From Tubulanus polymorphus (lineage: Eukaryota > Animalia > Nemertea): a stretch of 64,000 nucleotides of DNA. Under the pieces are notes generated by a model that searched no databases, was not told where the DNA came from, and was given only the letters and a program-made list of their open reading frames with translations. Below are positions 1-14,700 of the stretch, in pieces; position 1 is the stretch's first letter, and each line of letters starts with the position of its first letter. A program made the translations under genes and the position numbers. The stretch covers positions 23,804,345 to 23,868,344 of the forward strand of contig NC_134028.1 of assembly GCF_964204645.1 (NCBI RefSeq), written 5' to 3'.

Positions 1-197
1 CGCTTGGATTTCCAATTGGTTTCCAAGAAACGTCGATAGCCCAGAGAAATAACCTGACCTCCTATTGATTTGTAGCCTTAATTTTGCATTACTTAAATTT
101 AGAATTTCCTTTGTCTCTATGGAAATTCATTCATTTTTTTGATCTAGCAGCTGCAATTTGTTGTTAGTTAATGAATTTCCTGGTGTTTTCGTTTCAG

Positions 198-3100
198 GCT
201 ACGTCGAGTTTCTGTCACACTTGTCGCGAACATAAGCCCCGCCTTCACTCGTGTTTATATTGTATTTATTTCGGTTGCTATGGTGCTCAACATATTCATG
301 AACATGCCAAACATAAACGGCATAATTTAGGTTAGTATTTAGAACTGTGGTGAAAATTTGGTTAGAGTTTACCATTTGACTGAGTGAAAATTAAACTGCA
401 TTGTTAGCATGGTAATTATCCAGTGATCCAACGTTTGAGCTATTTGTCTCAGATCTACTGAGGCCAGTGGCTCAATGACCCAGATCTACTGAGGACAGTG
501 GCTCAATGACACAGATCTACTGAGGACAGTGGCTCAATGACCCAGATCTACTGAGGACAGTGGCTCAATGGCCCAGATCTACTGAGGACAGTGGCTCAAT
601 GGCCCAGATCTACTGAGGCCAGTGGCTCAATGACCCAGATCTACTGAGGGCAGTGGCTCAATGACCCAGATCTACTGAGGACAGTGGCTCAATGACCCAG
701 ATCTACTGAGGACAGTGGCTCAATGACGCAGATCTACTGAGGCCAGTGGCCCAATGACCCAGATCTACTGAGGACAGTGGCTCAATGACCCAGATCTACT
801 GAGGCCAGTGGCTCGATGACCCAGATCTACTGAGGCCAGTGGCTCAATGACGCAGATCTACTGAGGCCAGTGGCCCAATGACCCAGATCTACTGAGGACA
901 GTGGTTCAATGACCCAGATCTACTGAGGCCAGTGGCTCAATGACCCAGATCTGAGGCCAGTGGCTCAATGACGCAGATCTACTGAGGCCAGTGGCTCAAT
1001 GACGCAGATCTGCTGAGGCCAGTGGCTCAATGACCCAGATCTGCTGAGGCCAGTGGCTCAATGAAATGTAAACTATCGGATTTTCTTTCTGCAGCTTTAG
1101 ATTTGACTTATGGTGCTGTTTACTGTTTTTCGTGTTCTGACTACGTTTACGATCGTGAATTGGAACAAATCGCTGGTTCTACGACTTCGACGCGAGGTAT
1201 GGTGAAAATATTGGAGAAATGACACCTGTAGGTTATATATGTGCACGCATATTGAAGTTTCGCCGTTTATTCTTGCTAGGTTTGCGTCCCGATTTAAATC
1301 CATGGGAACCGACTGAGGAAGAGATTGAATTGTTGAATATCCATCGAAAGCGTAGAACAATCACTGAAAATTCAACTGTAGGTCAGTAGTCAATACATAG
1401 CTACAAGTTCATACAAACATTGGGCTTTTACCAGATTAGAATGGAAACTCCGTGAATAACAGAGTCCCCAGGAACTCATTTAATTTGAGCGAAATGACAG
1501 AAACTTCCTTCAATTTTGAGAAATAGGCAATTAGACATGTACTTCAGAGTTGTACAATAGACTATGCCTAAGTCAGTCGGAACTAGGGACCTGGTTACAC
1601 TGTTAAGGGGTTTCAGAATAAGAAACCAAGTTAAGTGCATCAAGAATGAAAATTCGCTAATAATGCCCCCAAATAAGGGTTTACCGAGAATACCGATTTA
1701 GGAGGAGTGTGCTATAATTGGGATATAAAAGGCGCTTCCTTAAAGTATGAAATTTTCTCCTTAAAAACTCCTTATATCCGGATGACTGATTGATAAGGAC
1801 CCTGAATTAGAAAAGTTTTCTCCTGCCTGAATGAATTATTCGTAAGATGTATGTTTTGATATTTGAGTAATATTTGCAGGTTTGCGTGGATTGATAAATC
1901 TCGGCAACACGTGCTTCATGAATTGTATTGTACAAGCCCTGACACATACTCCGGTACTCAGAGATTTCTTCCTGTCCGATCGACACAACTGTCAGATGGC
2001 CGAGGAGTCTCGTCAGTGCCTTGTCTGTGAAATGGGAAGATTATTCCAAGAAGTGAGTACCGCTTTAAACGATCCTTTCCCGCTTTAGTGATTGTATGTT
2101 ATTTCTTATGTCGCTTCTTATGGTTTTTTTTTTTCAGTTTTACTCAGGGGTTCGGACTCCACATATTCCATATCGACTGCTTCATCTTGTGTGGACCCAC
2201 GCGCGTCACCTGGCCGGCTATGAACAACAAGACGCGCACGAATTTCTGATCGCTGCTTTAGATGTTTTACATCAACATTGTAAAGGTCGGTGAACCATTA
2301 TCGTGGTACATTTATTTCAGTATCGAGTCTGCGAAACCACAGTATATTTGTACGTGCTATGGGTCATATAAGTCATGCAAAAAATTCAATTTAATTCTGA
2401 GCCTCTATCCATTTTGATTTTGTTATTTTCTGTACAGCACTTTAGAGAGCTATATAAAAGGGACTTGTGACCGGGCGTTTCTTTATCAATACGTGATTCA
2501 TAAGAAATGAATTAATTGAATCATTTAGAACCAAGAAATTCTGGGAATTTTTATGTTATAACGTAGAAAAATCAGGGAAACCTCAGGGATTTCGTAGATT
2601 GGCGCCACCTTGTAAAAGTTTCAATAATGATAATATACATTACAGGAACGAATGGTTTGTCGTCGAATAACCCACATCATTGTAACTGTATCATAGATCA
2701 AATATTCACCGGAGGGCTTCAATCAGATGTTACATGTCAAGAGTGCAAGTAAGACTCGTCTAAATTCGCAGTAACCATAGAACTATAGTCGAATCCCCTT
2801 AATCTGTATCACTGAAAACTGACATCTCTCACTGTTAATTTGGTTAAGTTGTATCAATTTGTGATAAGGCTTTACCAAACCATGAAAAACGCTAAGAGAA
2901 AGTATTACGAACCTACGTAGTTTCTGAGGTTGTGGGCACGGCGCAAAACACAAGATAACACATTTTTGAGATGTCGGCATTGCTGTTCGCTACAGTTCTA
3001 TGCAGTAACTGGCGCCGGTTCAATAGATTCAATACTAAACTCTAGGGTTTAAAATGATTCGATTATTTCTAGCAATGTGTCAACGACAATCGATCCATTT

Positions 3101-4994
3101 TGGGATATCTCATTAGATCTCGGACCGACGGATGCCATGATTCTAGGCAATCATTTCAACTCAGGAAAAGGAGGTCAGTTTTATGAAGACAGGAAACAAA
3201 AAAGAATTTAGAACTGGAGAAAATCCTGGAAATTGTGTAGCAAAGTTGTCCACAAAGCCCTCAAGTTTAGCCTTGTGGCTGACCACCCGGTTGAAGATGA
3301 TATCAGTGTTTAAAACCGGGCCATTCAAAGCCTGTAGTTATTTTATGTTGTATGAAGTCTGCATTGTTCTCATGTAGGTAATGGTGACGATTTACCGAAA
3401 ACATTTGAAGAGCCAACATCTTTAGTCACATGTTTAAAAAGGTATGTCGGATAATGACTTGGCAACGCTTGTCGAATTAGAGGATCATAACCAGTCAATT
3501 TGATCGATCATTGTTCTCCGCAGGTTCACTAGACCTGAACATCTAGGCAGTTCTTCGAAAATCAAATGTAGCAGTTGTCACAATTATCAAGAATCGACTA
3601 AACAGTTAACAATGAAAAAACTTCCTGTCGTCGCTTGTTTCCATTTAAAGGTAGACGAACAACTGATTCATTTATTCATCGCTTTGCATTCATACTCCGT
3701 TTAATTTGAAGATGTATCCTTGAGGAGGATTTCAAATGATAGAATTATGAATTTTTGATCAAAGGTCAGGGAAAATCGGGGAATTTTGGATTGTTTGGGG
3801 CCAGTAGCATAAAAGTTGGCTTGAGTTAACAATTGGACAAATACTATGTTAACAATGCAAATTCAATTATCACTGGCATCCTGGTTAGCTCTAACCAACT
3901 TTTTGGCAACTGACCACTGATCAGTCAGAACCCTGTTTTATGGTATGTTGTATTTATCTGCAGAGATTTGAGCATTCCACAGGATTTCACAAAAAGATCT
4001 CAACGTTCGTATCATTCCCTGATGAACTGGATATGACGCCTTTCATGTCGTCTTCGCGTAACAATAACAATGGTTACACGAATCAGGTCATCATGGAGTC
4101 TGCCTCGGGTCTTTCAAGCGAAAATAAGTAAGTTAACGGTTCATTCAGTCAAACTCGCTTTTCATCGCAAAAATCGCTGCATCACATGACTTAAATAGGC
4201 ATAATTTTTAATCCTAATTTGTATTTTCAATTCAATTTGCCAACTGTAAGTCATATTTTTGATAAGGCTTCAATGTAATGAAAACTACAATAGCTTAAGC
4301 CAGTTTGAGTATACATGTAGGCCTCAGTCAAATTAAACACTTTTATACATAGAAAAACCAGTGCTGCATTTAGTTATGTCTAACCATTTAACATCTATGA
4401 GAGGTGCACTGTTTTACCTTAAAACAACACACATATGAGGCTTTTGTTAAAACTATTGAATCAGTCAACAAACGCTTGAATTTATGAAAACCTAACCTAC
4501 AAAATTAAGCCCTTTAAAGACCTGCTATGTATGCGACTAGGCCCGAAATGAAGTCGGTTTTGTGTTCGGATTTTTCTAGGTATTCGTTGTTTGCGGTTGT
4601 GAATCACAGCGGAACTATCGAATGTGGACACTACACGTGTTACATACGTCTGCACAAAAATCAATGGTTTAAATGTGACGATCATCTGATTTTGAAAGCA
4701 GACGTCAACGAAGTGCTCAACAGTGAAGGGTGAGTAATTTGATTCAGTAAGTTGATTCAGTTTGACCACCTAACCTGGAAAAACAGGGAATTCAACAAAT
4801 CCTGAAAAAGCTCAGGTTATTCGATTAGGTCTGGTCAAACCTGGAAAACTCAGGAAAGAATTTTGGATCGGCAGAATTTCGATCATATTCAATCGATCCG
4901 TCTCCGCTTACAGATTGCAAAGTAATTACTAAGTAATTTTCTCTATTTCAGCTACCTCCTATTCTACCACAAACAGATTTTGGAGTACGAATGA
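198..4994 (+). CDS. USP22: Ubiquitin carboxyl-terminal hydrolase 22 (SAGA deubiquitinase), 5'-partial, 12 exons visible
   Basis: GT-AG exons ~198-330, 1095-1196, 1280-1381, 1880-2052, 2138-2285, 2646-2748, 3073-3173, 3378-3441, 3524-3650, 3964-4127, 4580-4729, 4952-4994. ZnF-UBP ([21 protein letters not shown]), Cys box [28 protein letters not shown], His box VVNHSG..GHY, and C-terminus [14 protein letters not shown] typical of USP22/27/51. Long 3'UTR, AATAAA near 7319. Confidence 0.95.
450..1064. repeat. 31-bp minisatellite, ~20 copies (CAGATCTACTGAGG[A/C]CAGTGGCTCAATGACC), in a USP22 intron
   Basis: Directly visible head-to-tail repeats with few substitutions and one 3-bp deletion near 950; no unique spacers. 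Confidence 0.97.
1460..1804 (+). mobile_element. Non-autonomous DNA transposon (MITE) with CAGGGTCC-type ends, USP22 intron copy
   Basis: Ends CAGAGTCCC...GGACCCTG; internal sequence aligns with 6662-7055 (shared TTCAATTTTGAGAAAT...ACTATGCCTAA). Partial relatives near 19245-19327 and 33560-33645. Confidence 0.65.
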
Positions 4995-6661
4995 AAACTC
5001 TTCTTCCTCTGTGATACTAACAGGCAGGTGTGCGCGCTCCCTATGCGTGTCAGTCAAACGATTGATTGACATCTTTACACGACTCGGTGGGAGTGATTTC
5101 GATGACTCCGTTTATTTAGTTAGTGGTAGAACGATTCTGTACGCACGGAATCGACGTAATCTAGTCGCAAATAGGTGTCATTCCATGATGAACGCGTTTA
5201 CAATAGAAATACATAATCACACATGTTACTGCCATTCGTATTACCCTTATACATAGAGAACATTCGCCGAACTATCTCTGCTTCGGTAGTTAATTCGAGA
5301 GTTTAAATGGCTGGTCTAAATATGAAGGTATAATTCACTAAACTTACCAGTGAGCAGCGGGAATGTTCGTATTTTTCTTCCAATAAGATACCAGTAACCT
5401 GTATTCAAGATGTAGATGCAGAAAGAGTTAAGCTATTGCTTTGAAATTCTTGTATACATACACAGAGTTGTTGAGTCTTGTGCGCGCGAGCCTGCCTTGC
5501 CAGTAAGTCAAACGATTTGACCACTACTGATAATCTTAAATAATGTCCGCGATTATTTCGTATATCTTCGCATTGGTCGTGTACATGATCTATACATGAA
5601 TTTGATAGTGTGAGTGAATTTGGTTCGTGTTTATTATCAGGGATGTGAACGTGTTCAGCTGATTCAGCCATTTCAATTGATTTCGTAGTAGAAATAGAAA
5701 TAGAATTTCCCGACATGGAATGATTCAGTTTCACCTGAAAATCTGCTAGTTTTTTTGTTCGAGCTGTTCACAGCTCGTTTCAGGGAAACACAAATTCTAA
5801 TTTCTCGGTGTGTGTGTTTGTGTAATGTGTGTACGTGTGGTTTAATGAACTAAAATGTCCGACACGACGCGACGCGGCGGCGAACGATATTCAAAAAGCC
5901 GTCGATGTCGTCTGCTACATATTGTTTCAGTATTATGTATCATAGCGATTACCTACACGGGAAGTGTGCGTAATAATTTCCTGCCTAAATTATCTGAAAA
6001 TCGAATCGACATTTCTTGACCTGTCTGCGCACGTGAAAATGGACTGCGTGTCCAATATTTAACTATGCATGCGTATTTTTTTTTTCTGAGTTGTACAGTT
6101 GTCACTGGTGGCAAATATTTTCAGAATCCATGCGTATTTTTTTTTGTACGGTGTTTATGTATAGTATGACTGTATTGTATTATTTATATTTTTTGTGTCT
6201 GTGCTATTATTACTTATATAGAATAATAATGTGTAAGTTGTTGTAGTCGAGATATAAGTATAGTCTTCCTCGTCGTCTTTTAAAGACAATATTGTGAAAT
6301 GGATGATGCCCGGGAGCTAACTGTAACTGAGTTAGCACAAGAAAGCAGTTTGGAACAATTCTCGTGCATAGATTTAGAAGGATTTGTTGTATGAATGAAG
6401 CTACAGATTCTGTAAAATATTGGTAAAATTTCCCTTTTTCAAAGGAAACCATTCTATTCTACCCCAATACAAGTTCCTCATGTAAGACTCTCTGCTTACC
6501 TCGGTAAAACTGCATCTGTATTTGCTTCTATTTTTCCGCGGTAATCATCCATTATCTATATTGAGCACTACTACTGAAATCCGTTGAGAAAAAATGTACA
6601 TAGTAGAAATTTTTTGATCAAATCTTTGAGATTAATATTTCATGGATCTATTGTGGCTTAA

Positions 6662-7055
6662 CAGGGTCCCTACGACTCCTTGATTCCTGAAAAACTTTGT
6701 CAAAATGGAAAATGCTTTCAAAGGTGCTTGAAACTCCTTCAATTTGAGCAAAATGCCTGAAACTGCTTCAATTTTGAGAAATATAGGTAATTAGAAGTGT
6801 TTGTAGTTGTACAGGCTCAACTATGCCTAAATCGGTACATTTGGGACCAGGATTTGTCTAAGGGAGTTGCCGAATTAGAAATGGAATTTTGTAGTTTATA
6901 GGATAAAGATTTGCTTACAAAACATCTGAATTAACAGTTTACCGAGATAAACAGTAATGATTTAGGAATCTACAGTAATTGGGATATGAAAGTGATGCAG
7001 ATGCTTTTCCTTGAAAACTCCTGATATCCAGGAATGACTGATCTGTAGAGACCAT
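6662..7055 (+). mobile_element. Second copy of the same MITE family, in the predicted USP22 3'UTR
   Basis: Begins CAGGGTCCCTAC, ends GTAGAGACCATG (imperfect TIR); homologous to 1460-1804. Confidence 0.65.
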
Positions 7056-8761
7056 GTTTAAGTGATTGCTTGAGGGAGGAGAGTTTTAAACCGGGTATAG
7101 GTCGGCTTTGCGACTGCGTGCTGCTTGATTCTTTGCAACCGTCAGCTATGATTCACTTATAGACTTCATATCATTGCCAGTTGACCTACACTCGGCTTTA
7201 AGGTTTGAATTTCCAGCATTTTTTGTGCTTACACGTATCATCAACACAGTGAATTTATTTTCTTGCTGTATGTGATAATGATATAATTCATGGGTTTATT
7301 TTTGCTGTGTTTACAATGAAATAAATGCATAGACTCTAAAATCATTCAGCTTTGTCCACTTGTCGTCTATGCACAGTGGATTTCTCCTGTTTTACAGTTT
7401 ATACATAGATAATTTATACTATAGATGTAGTAATTTATTTGCGTTTAGAACGAATGCTTTTTAGTTTAAATTGAAACACAATCAATCATGTTTAATATTG
7501 ATCATTTGAATGAAATCAAAGTTTCAAACGCTACCCTGCATTTTGTAATTTTCTTTCCGTGACCGGACGTTAAAGTTAGTTTCAGTAAGAATCCCGCCAA
7601 TAGTTATTGTACACATTGTAAGTATTGATGTGATAGAAAAAAGTGTTTCCTATCAACGAAAACTTGTCAACAGCACATACAGTCAAACCTGGCTGAGTTG
7701 TCGTAGTTGGGATAAACATTATATTGATGACAATATATCCAAATGACAACAAACAGTAAATTATAATTGAATTCGAAATACAAATTGGGACTCAAAAATA
7801 GAGATGACTTCTGTAATGTGACGAGTTGGACTCGAATACATAGGTCTGGAAGTAAGTTTCCAGTGATGTATCAGCAGCCATTATTTGAGGACAATTAGGT
7901 TCACAACTTGGGGTTGTTTGAAATTAAGAGTTGGGTGACTAGAGCTGAAAAATGGAGAGGTCATTCTGCCGGTTGGGTTACCATGTTGGACTGTCTGATT
8001 TATTTCCCTAGTTAGTCCTGTACACATTGGAAGCTTGTTACAACAAACTTCATCAGGGGACCAGAATGTCTGTTTATTATAACGGAAAGTTATTGCCCCA
8101 TTAGGGGCAAAATACTTGGTTTGCACTAATAACTGACAAGTCGTTTTATTCAAGGTCGTCATAGCAAATTAGGATTCATGGTATTAGGATTATCTACAGC
8201 AGCAACCCAGCTCTTAAGAAATGTGCTCTCAAAAGAATTTAGATATTCGTGCGCAAGTTGTGATGTTCATGATTGATATAACATGTCATTCATACATATA
8301 TTATAATCATTATGATTAAAGTCCTTGTGATATTAAATAACTATAATTCAGGTATTAAAACAAATCGAGTATGCATTTCACTTGAGCTCAACTTCACGTC
8401 ATCTTGTTCTGTATTTATTCAGTGTGTGTATAAATAAATCATAGAAATAACAATTCATTTTGTAACATAATGACGTATATATATCATGTGTAATTTTTTT
8501 GTCTCGTGCAGTAAAAAATGAAGAATGAACTAGATTTTCTTGTTTTCTTTGATATGGAGTTTCAGGAACAACAAAGTCTGCATTTGGAAAATCACAAATT
8601 GGAAGGAGTGAGATCAGTGACTGGAGTTGGTTGAATAAACCTGACCAAAAAACAAATATTTCATCTTTGTTTTATTGATAATAATAGAAATTTCCTCTGA
8701 TATCACAGATTATGACTAGTAAATATACTATGATGTAAAATGATTAGAAACGAGAATTTAA

Positions 8762-11700
8762 TCAGATTTCTGGTCGTGAACTCGGTTGCAATAGTTCGGT
8801 TATATTCTGTAGAAAGATAGCTAGCGAAGTATTGTTCTTGTGACACCTTAAATAAAATAAAGATAATCAATTGATAAAAAGTGTGCATGAGATTTCTGTC
8901 ATCGCCTAATAAACTAGTTATGAAAGACGTAACTTACGTTCCGTTCCTGACATCCTCTGCAGGACTCAATATCGTTGCTGCAACACTGCAGATAAACAAA
9001 GACTGATAGAAGCTTCTCGAAAAATCTTTCCAGGAATTTTCAACTCGTTTTATTCGTTTGCAACAATGTAGAGAAATTGAGATTTTTTAGAGATTTATCA
9101 GACCCGAGGCAAGAAGTCTTCTGCATTAAAGTTACTTGTTATGAGTGAAGGGAATCTTACTTGGGAATACGTAAGATGCTGATCAGATCATTAGCTCTAT
9201 CTATAATCGCCCGACTGTCGTTTTCATCATCGACAATCGATTGTTTTTGTTTCTGTTGACTGATCTTCGTTAGACACAGAATCACACGTGGAATCAGATC
9301 CTGACATCGACTGGCCAACTAGAAAACACAAAACAAGATCAAACATCATCTATCAGGTACACCTTAATGTGTCAACTAGAATGAACTCTGAAGAACGCAG
9401 TTCCACTGAGTGACGCAGGATACAGGCAGTAGATAGTCCAATCTTGGAGTAATCAGTCTGGTTACTCCAAGGTCCAATAGAGATGCAGGGTAGAGACAGC
9501 GGATGGTCCAAGAGGGATGATGTAGGGGGAATATAGCACACAATCAGAAGCAGTTAAAATGATAGCAAGAAAATAATTCTGAAATACCTTAGCTTGTGAT
9601 GTCATTAAAACGGCTAATAAACGAACGGAATATTGCGATTGAGTGTCGTTCTGTAGAATACTCGATAATTCATACGTCACACATTCTAACAGCTCGTACA
9701 GTTGAGATATAACTTCTGACGTACAACGCGAATCATACGCTTGACTCGCGTATTCTCCCACAATCCATACCTGAAAAATAAAATCAATTACATCATTAGG
9801 GTGATGACTTGCCTTTTCCCTGACTATTCCCTGACATATACGTTGTTTTCTCTGACTTGATCTGCTAAGAATTCAAATCAATTAACACGGTCAAATACGT
9901 ACAACATAGATTGTAACAGTTTTCCTATACCCATGATTTAGCAATCTCTTAAAATCTTCCCTGGTTTTAGCTTTTTTCCCCGACTATTCCCTGACGTTTT
10001 TAAAGAAAAGAAAGTTCTCGAACTTTTCCCTGATTTCTAGATAAATGGCCACCCTGATCATTGCAACGCCTAGATCCCCGAAACTTATGCCTTAGCCACC
10101 TCCCGTAATGCTCCATTCAACCTTACCATATGAACAAAGAATTCCTCATTGTTAACTGCATGTCTCAGTGAACCGATATAATCACGAATTTCCTCGTGTT
10201 GCTGCATCAGTAGTTTTGGATAAAGCTCAAATAACATCAACATACCATCGGCCAAAATTCTAAAAATACCGCATTCAATCAGATCAGAAAACTTGCAGTT
10301 GATTAAACCATGTTACATATTAAGCTGATATGGAGATTTTCTGATTTATGAGAGATGTACTTTTTGATTTCACTCTCAAATTGTGCGGCTTTATAAAGAA
10401 GACCGACTCGTTCAATAATAACTGGCACGAGTTGACCGGCTAAACGTTCATCGCTGTCATCACATATGACTTTAAAAAACAATCTGAAATTACACACAAA
10501 ACAATAGATAAACGTGAATTCATTATAGAATGAATGAATTTATTTTTCACTGTATCAATGATGATACAAGCAATATGGCTACAAATATTGATACCTTGTT
10601 TCTCAATTCTGCAGAGCTAACCTAGCACATTACTTCTTTTTAAATCATGATCAAGCTAACAATAACAGACCCGGCAGCTATAGAAATGAACTGATTTCAT
10701 TGTACTTCACAAAAGTGACTCGGCTGATTAGGAGAAAAGATATATAAGTTTTTTAAATTTTGGCACAATGAAGGATCCCAGCAAGGCAATAGCTGTACAA
10801 TGGATGTCAAGATTAGTATACATCACTTCAGGATTACCTGATGAGTACAGGAACAATTTGAGAACAAACAACAACTCTTGGCAGTTGATTCAAATCTTCC
10901 AGTAGAACATGAAGCTTATTCAATCTGCAATAAACAAGTTTAACAATCAATATAGCAAGATAAGATTGGCTCCTTGTCACAAACTCTTACCTATCGGCAA
11001 AATTCTTCTGTAATTATTAAGCTTGATTAAAAGAATTTAAAAAGAGAATGTTTAAGCCTGGCAAACCTGTCGATTGTGTCGCCGTGGCCCCCTTCGTGTC
11101 GTAGGATGAAGTTAAATAGGGGTCGATTCATAGGACTCATCATCGCTTCAACAACTGCCGTAAACGACTGAGTGACATCTGATTTACCGATTCTACAGCT
11201 GACCTCTAAACCTGCCGTCATACATGGCAAATCTAACAACGTGTGCAACACCTACAATCATCACATGAAACGATTTTTCAATTAGAAAAAGGTTAAATTC
11301 TAAAAACTTAGTCTGAGCTAGTAGTTTATTCAGCATTTCGACTTAATCCTAATAGTAATTTTCAGGAATACTGAAGGATATATACATGAAGATAAATGAT
11401 TTAGGATATAGCCAAACCTTGAATAAGATATATTTTATAAGCTCTTTTTATAGGAAACTTCACAAGTCATCTTTTGTATTGTAGGATTTTATCTCATATT
11501 ATCATTACAATTTCAATTTAGCAATGGACCGAGTTTGCATCAATGTTATCTAACATTTTTGTATACCAAGTAGTTAATTGTACCTCAATTGCCGTGGTTT
11601 CTGATAACATGGCTGGCAGAATTTCGAGAAACTCGTGAATGTACGATCTCGGATTCCACGCTAAGATCTGTAAGAACGAAAAACTAATGAAGAATCGCCA

Positions 11701-14700
11701 AATTGTTGATGAAGAATAATATATAATGTATGATAAAAAGGCGAAGTCACCTTTAAGATATTCGGAAAGAACTTGAAGATGTGAGTTTTAAAGCACAACG
11801 TTTCCAGATTGTCAATGATGAACATGACAGTATCAAACGCCACAGATGAGTTTCCGAACTGATTATAAATCACTTTATCGAAGTAAAAGTCAATGAATGG
11901 TTGTGGATCGTAAACAACTGCTTCACCTAGAAATAAAGTAGAACCGACAACACAATACAATAGTACTTACAAGTGCGCAAACATGGATATAGAAAACATT
12001 GATATTTTTTCAACAACCGAAAAGTATTTCACAGATTATGATAGACAAAACTATACATAGACAAGAAACAAAATAGGACATTTTTTGGCAGCACCCTGGT
12101 AAAGAATAATTCAAGAGAGGTGCGTTCAGTCCCTTCTTCACAAAGGACATTAAATAAAACAAACATCAAAACTAAGAGGCTGTCTGTATGCAGGCCTATG
12201 GCTTTACTTTGATGGTAAATACTGATATGACATGATGATATGAAATGAATTCGAAAAAATAAGACGAACGCTTTACCAATCTTTAGAAAATGTGATTTTG
12301 TCACACAGTCAGAGATACAGAGTTTTACTTACTGTGATTGAGAAAGAATTGTAATAAAGCGAGTAGAATTCGCGGTTGTGAAACATCCTGAGCTAGAACC
12401 AACTTCGAGTGTAGACGTTTCACAGTTTGAAATACTCGCGGAATCAAACACGTCTCCAACTTACAAATACTGTCCAGAATTGAAATGGCTTCAATCACAA
12501 CCTATAGAAAGCAACGTGATACACCTTACACTGGACTGTGCAGTCACATCGAGATAGGTAGGTATATAAACTGAAATCTGTATATACTTACAGCATGCTG
12601 AACATCAGCATCTTGAAAAACTTTTGGCTCTACAATGAAAAGAATTCAGCATCTTTATACAGTGTGTTTCATAAAATGCACACCTCTTGAAAATCAACTG
12701 TTTACAGCATTACTCTAATTTGAATTGAACTCCAACTCATGTGTGCTGAAGCATACATTCACGATTGGCCCAATCATTTCTTATTTTCAACAAACATACC
12801 AATGAATATTATCACCTTAATTGAATTTCGATTAAAATTACAGGAAAGCTATAATCAGTTGATTTTTCATAGGTTGCACATTTTATAAAACGCACTGTAC
12901 ATCACAGGCTTGTCGACTTTTGGTGATGCTTGCTAATGCTTTCAATATGACAATTCCTTTCTGAAGATTATCAGATTTTACGCAATAAGTGTATGTTTTA
13001 TTCAATTCTCATTGTACTTACTTCGTTCTGCTTGATCCATTACTCTAAAACAATAATCGATGATCGTTTCAAGGAATTCTTTGTTCACATTTTTAACATC
13101 GCTCATTTCCTGCTGCTGCAGCCAGACTTTTAATACGGAAAAGCTATGCACATTCAACAGTTGATCATCCGTGTAATATTTACCTATAAAAATAAAAGTA
13201 AAAAGATTTATATATTCTTTATTAGTACGCACTAGCAACATCGATATAGAGAAGCACAAAATCTATTTCAAAATTTTGACGAAAAGAAAGGAAATTCTTG
13301 CATACATTGAGGTAGAATACCAGTAACACAGAGAAATTCTTGGATTACGGTCTTTCATTTCATTTTCATTCAAAGTCTTAATCAAATGGAGTCAAGTATT
13401 ACGCTGTCACTGATTGTTTCTAAACGTGATCTGATTAAACTCAAATGTTGTCCTACCAACATTCAGAATGGTGAAGAAATCTCTGTTGAGTGAACCATCT
13501 ATTTCTGTTACGGTCGATGGTTGGTCAGATTTTCCGAAGAAATTTCGTTTATAAGGATTCGATGCCTCTTCCAAACTCGCTTTCAGCAACCAATCGATAA
13601 AGAGACCCTCAATGATGTTAACTTGCTCTAGAAGATATTTCAAGAATCGGTTAAGAGCATGGATGACCTATCTTTAATGAAAATTTAAAAAACCCAGGAC
13701 CCAGTTGCCCAGTCGTGACTTAGGTCCAAAGGTGGTTTTAAATCTGAACACTGGTCTGAACTTCTAAGAATGACTATAGATCTTGAATTTAAGCCACAAT
13801 TTTCCAAATGGCCCCAAAGTCTACCTTTTTTTAAGTTTTGTCCGTGTAGTACTGGCAATGAAGTGATCAGGGATAAAGCCCTTGATAATGTGTCCAGACT
13901 GAATCCTTGCGTAGAAACAATCCTGAAATTGTGGTGAATCATTATCAGTTAGTTTGGAGGCTGCCTCAACAAAGGTCTCAAAAAGTGGAATCACAAAGTA
14001 TTGAGGCTACTCTATCTTGGAAATGGTTTAAAGCCACACAATTTTCGTTTATCAACTTCGAGTCAAAAGGAAATCTATTCTTACCTTAGTAGCATTAGTA
14101 TAAGAGTGTCAATTTGTTCCACAGGCTGAAATAAGAATATTTAATTTTGAGCAAAATATTTCTAGTTTATAGGCCCATAAATATTCTTTAATACGGTGGC
14201 TAAAACAAGTATGAATAAACATAGGATAACTATTTTCACACCTTCGAGGCAATGACATTCAGAACTTTTGATACATCATTTCTGCCTTCAGGTATTTCAA
14301 TAGTTTTACTCGGTATGTGTTGCAGTACAATTTGAATGCATGCATCCAAGAAAGGATTCCGTGATTCATGATGTTTGACTAGTGCCTTTACCAATACAGT
14401 GCCCAACTTCTTGGGAATGCTATAAAATATAAAGTTAGAATTGGGAGTCCTGTTGCGAAATATGGTGAAAAATAGCAAATAAGGACAAACATCACTAAAC
14501 GTCACACAGCCGGAATACTTACCGGACATCTTGTCTAGTGGAGACAAGTAAAATAATTTGACGAAGGGATGTGATGCGTTCCGAATCATCTAAAGTTTCA
14601 AATGTTGCTGACAATGAATCCAGGTAAGATTTGATTTCAACTGTACTGAGGTTACTGAAAATATAGAAATATGCGACAATTCAACGGATATGCTATTCTA

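Noticed and set aside
450-1064. CRISPR array (31-bp partly palindromic repeats)
   Set aside because: Repeats are contiguous with no unique spacers, there are no cas genes, and the context is a eukaryotic intron.
3714-3722. GTATCCTT as another U12 donor
   Set aside because: Lies mid-intron in USP22, not at an exon boundary.
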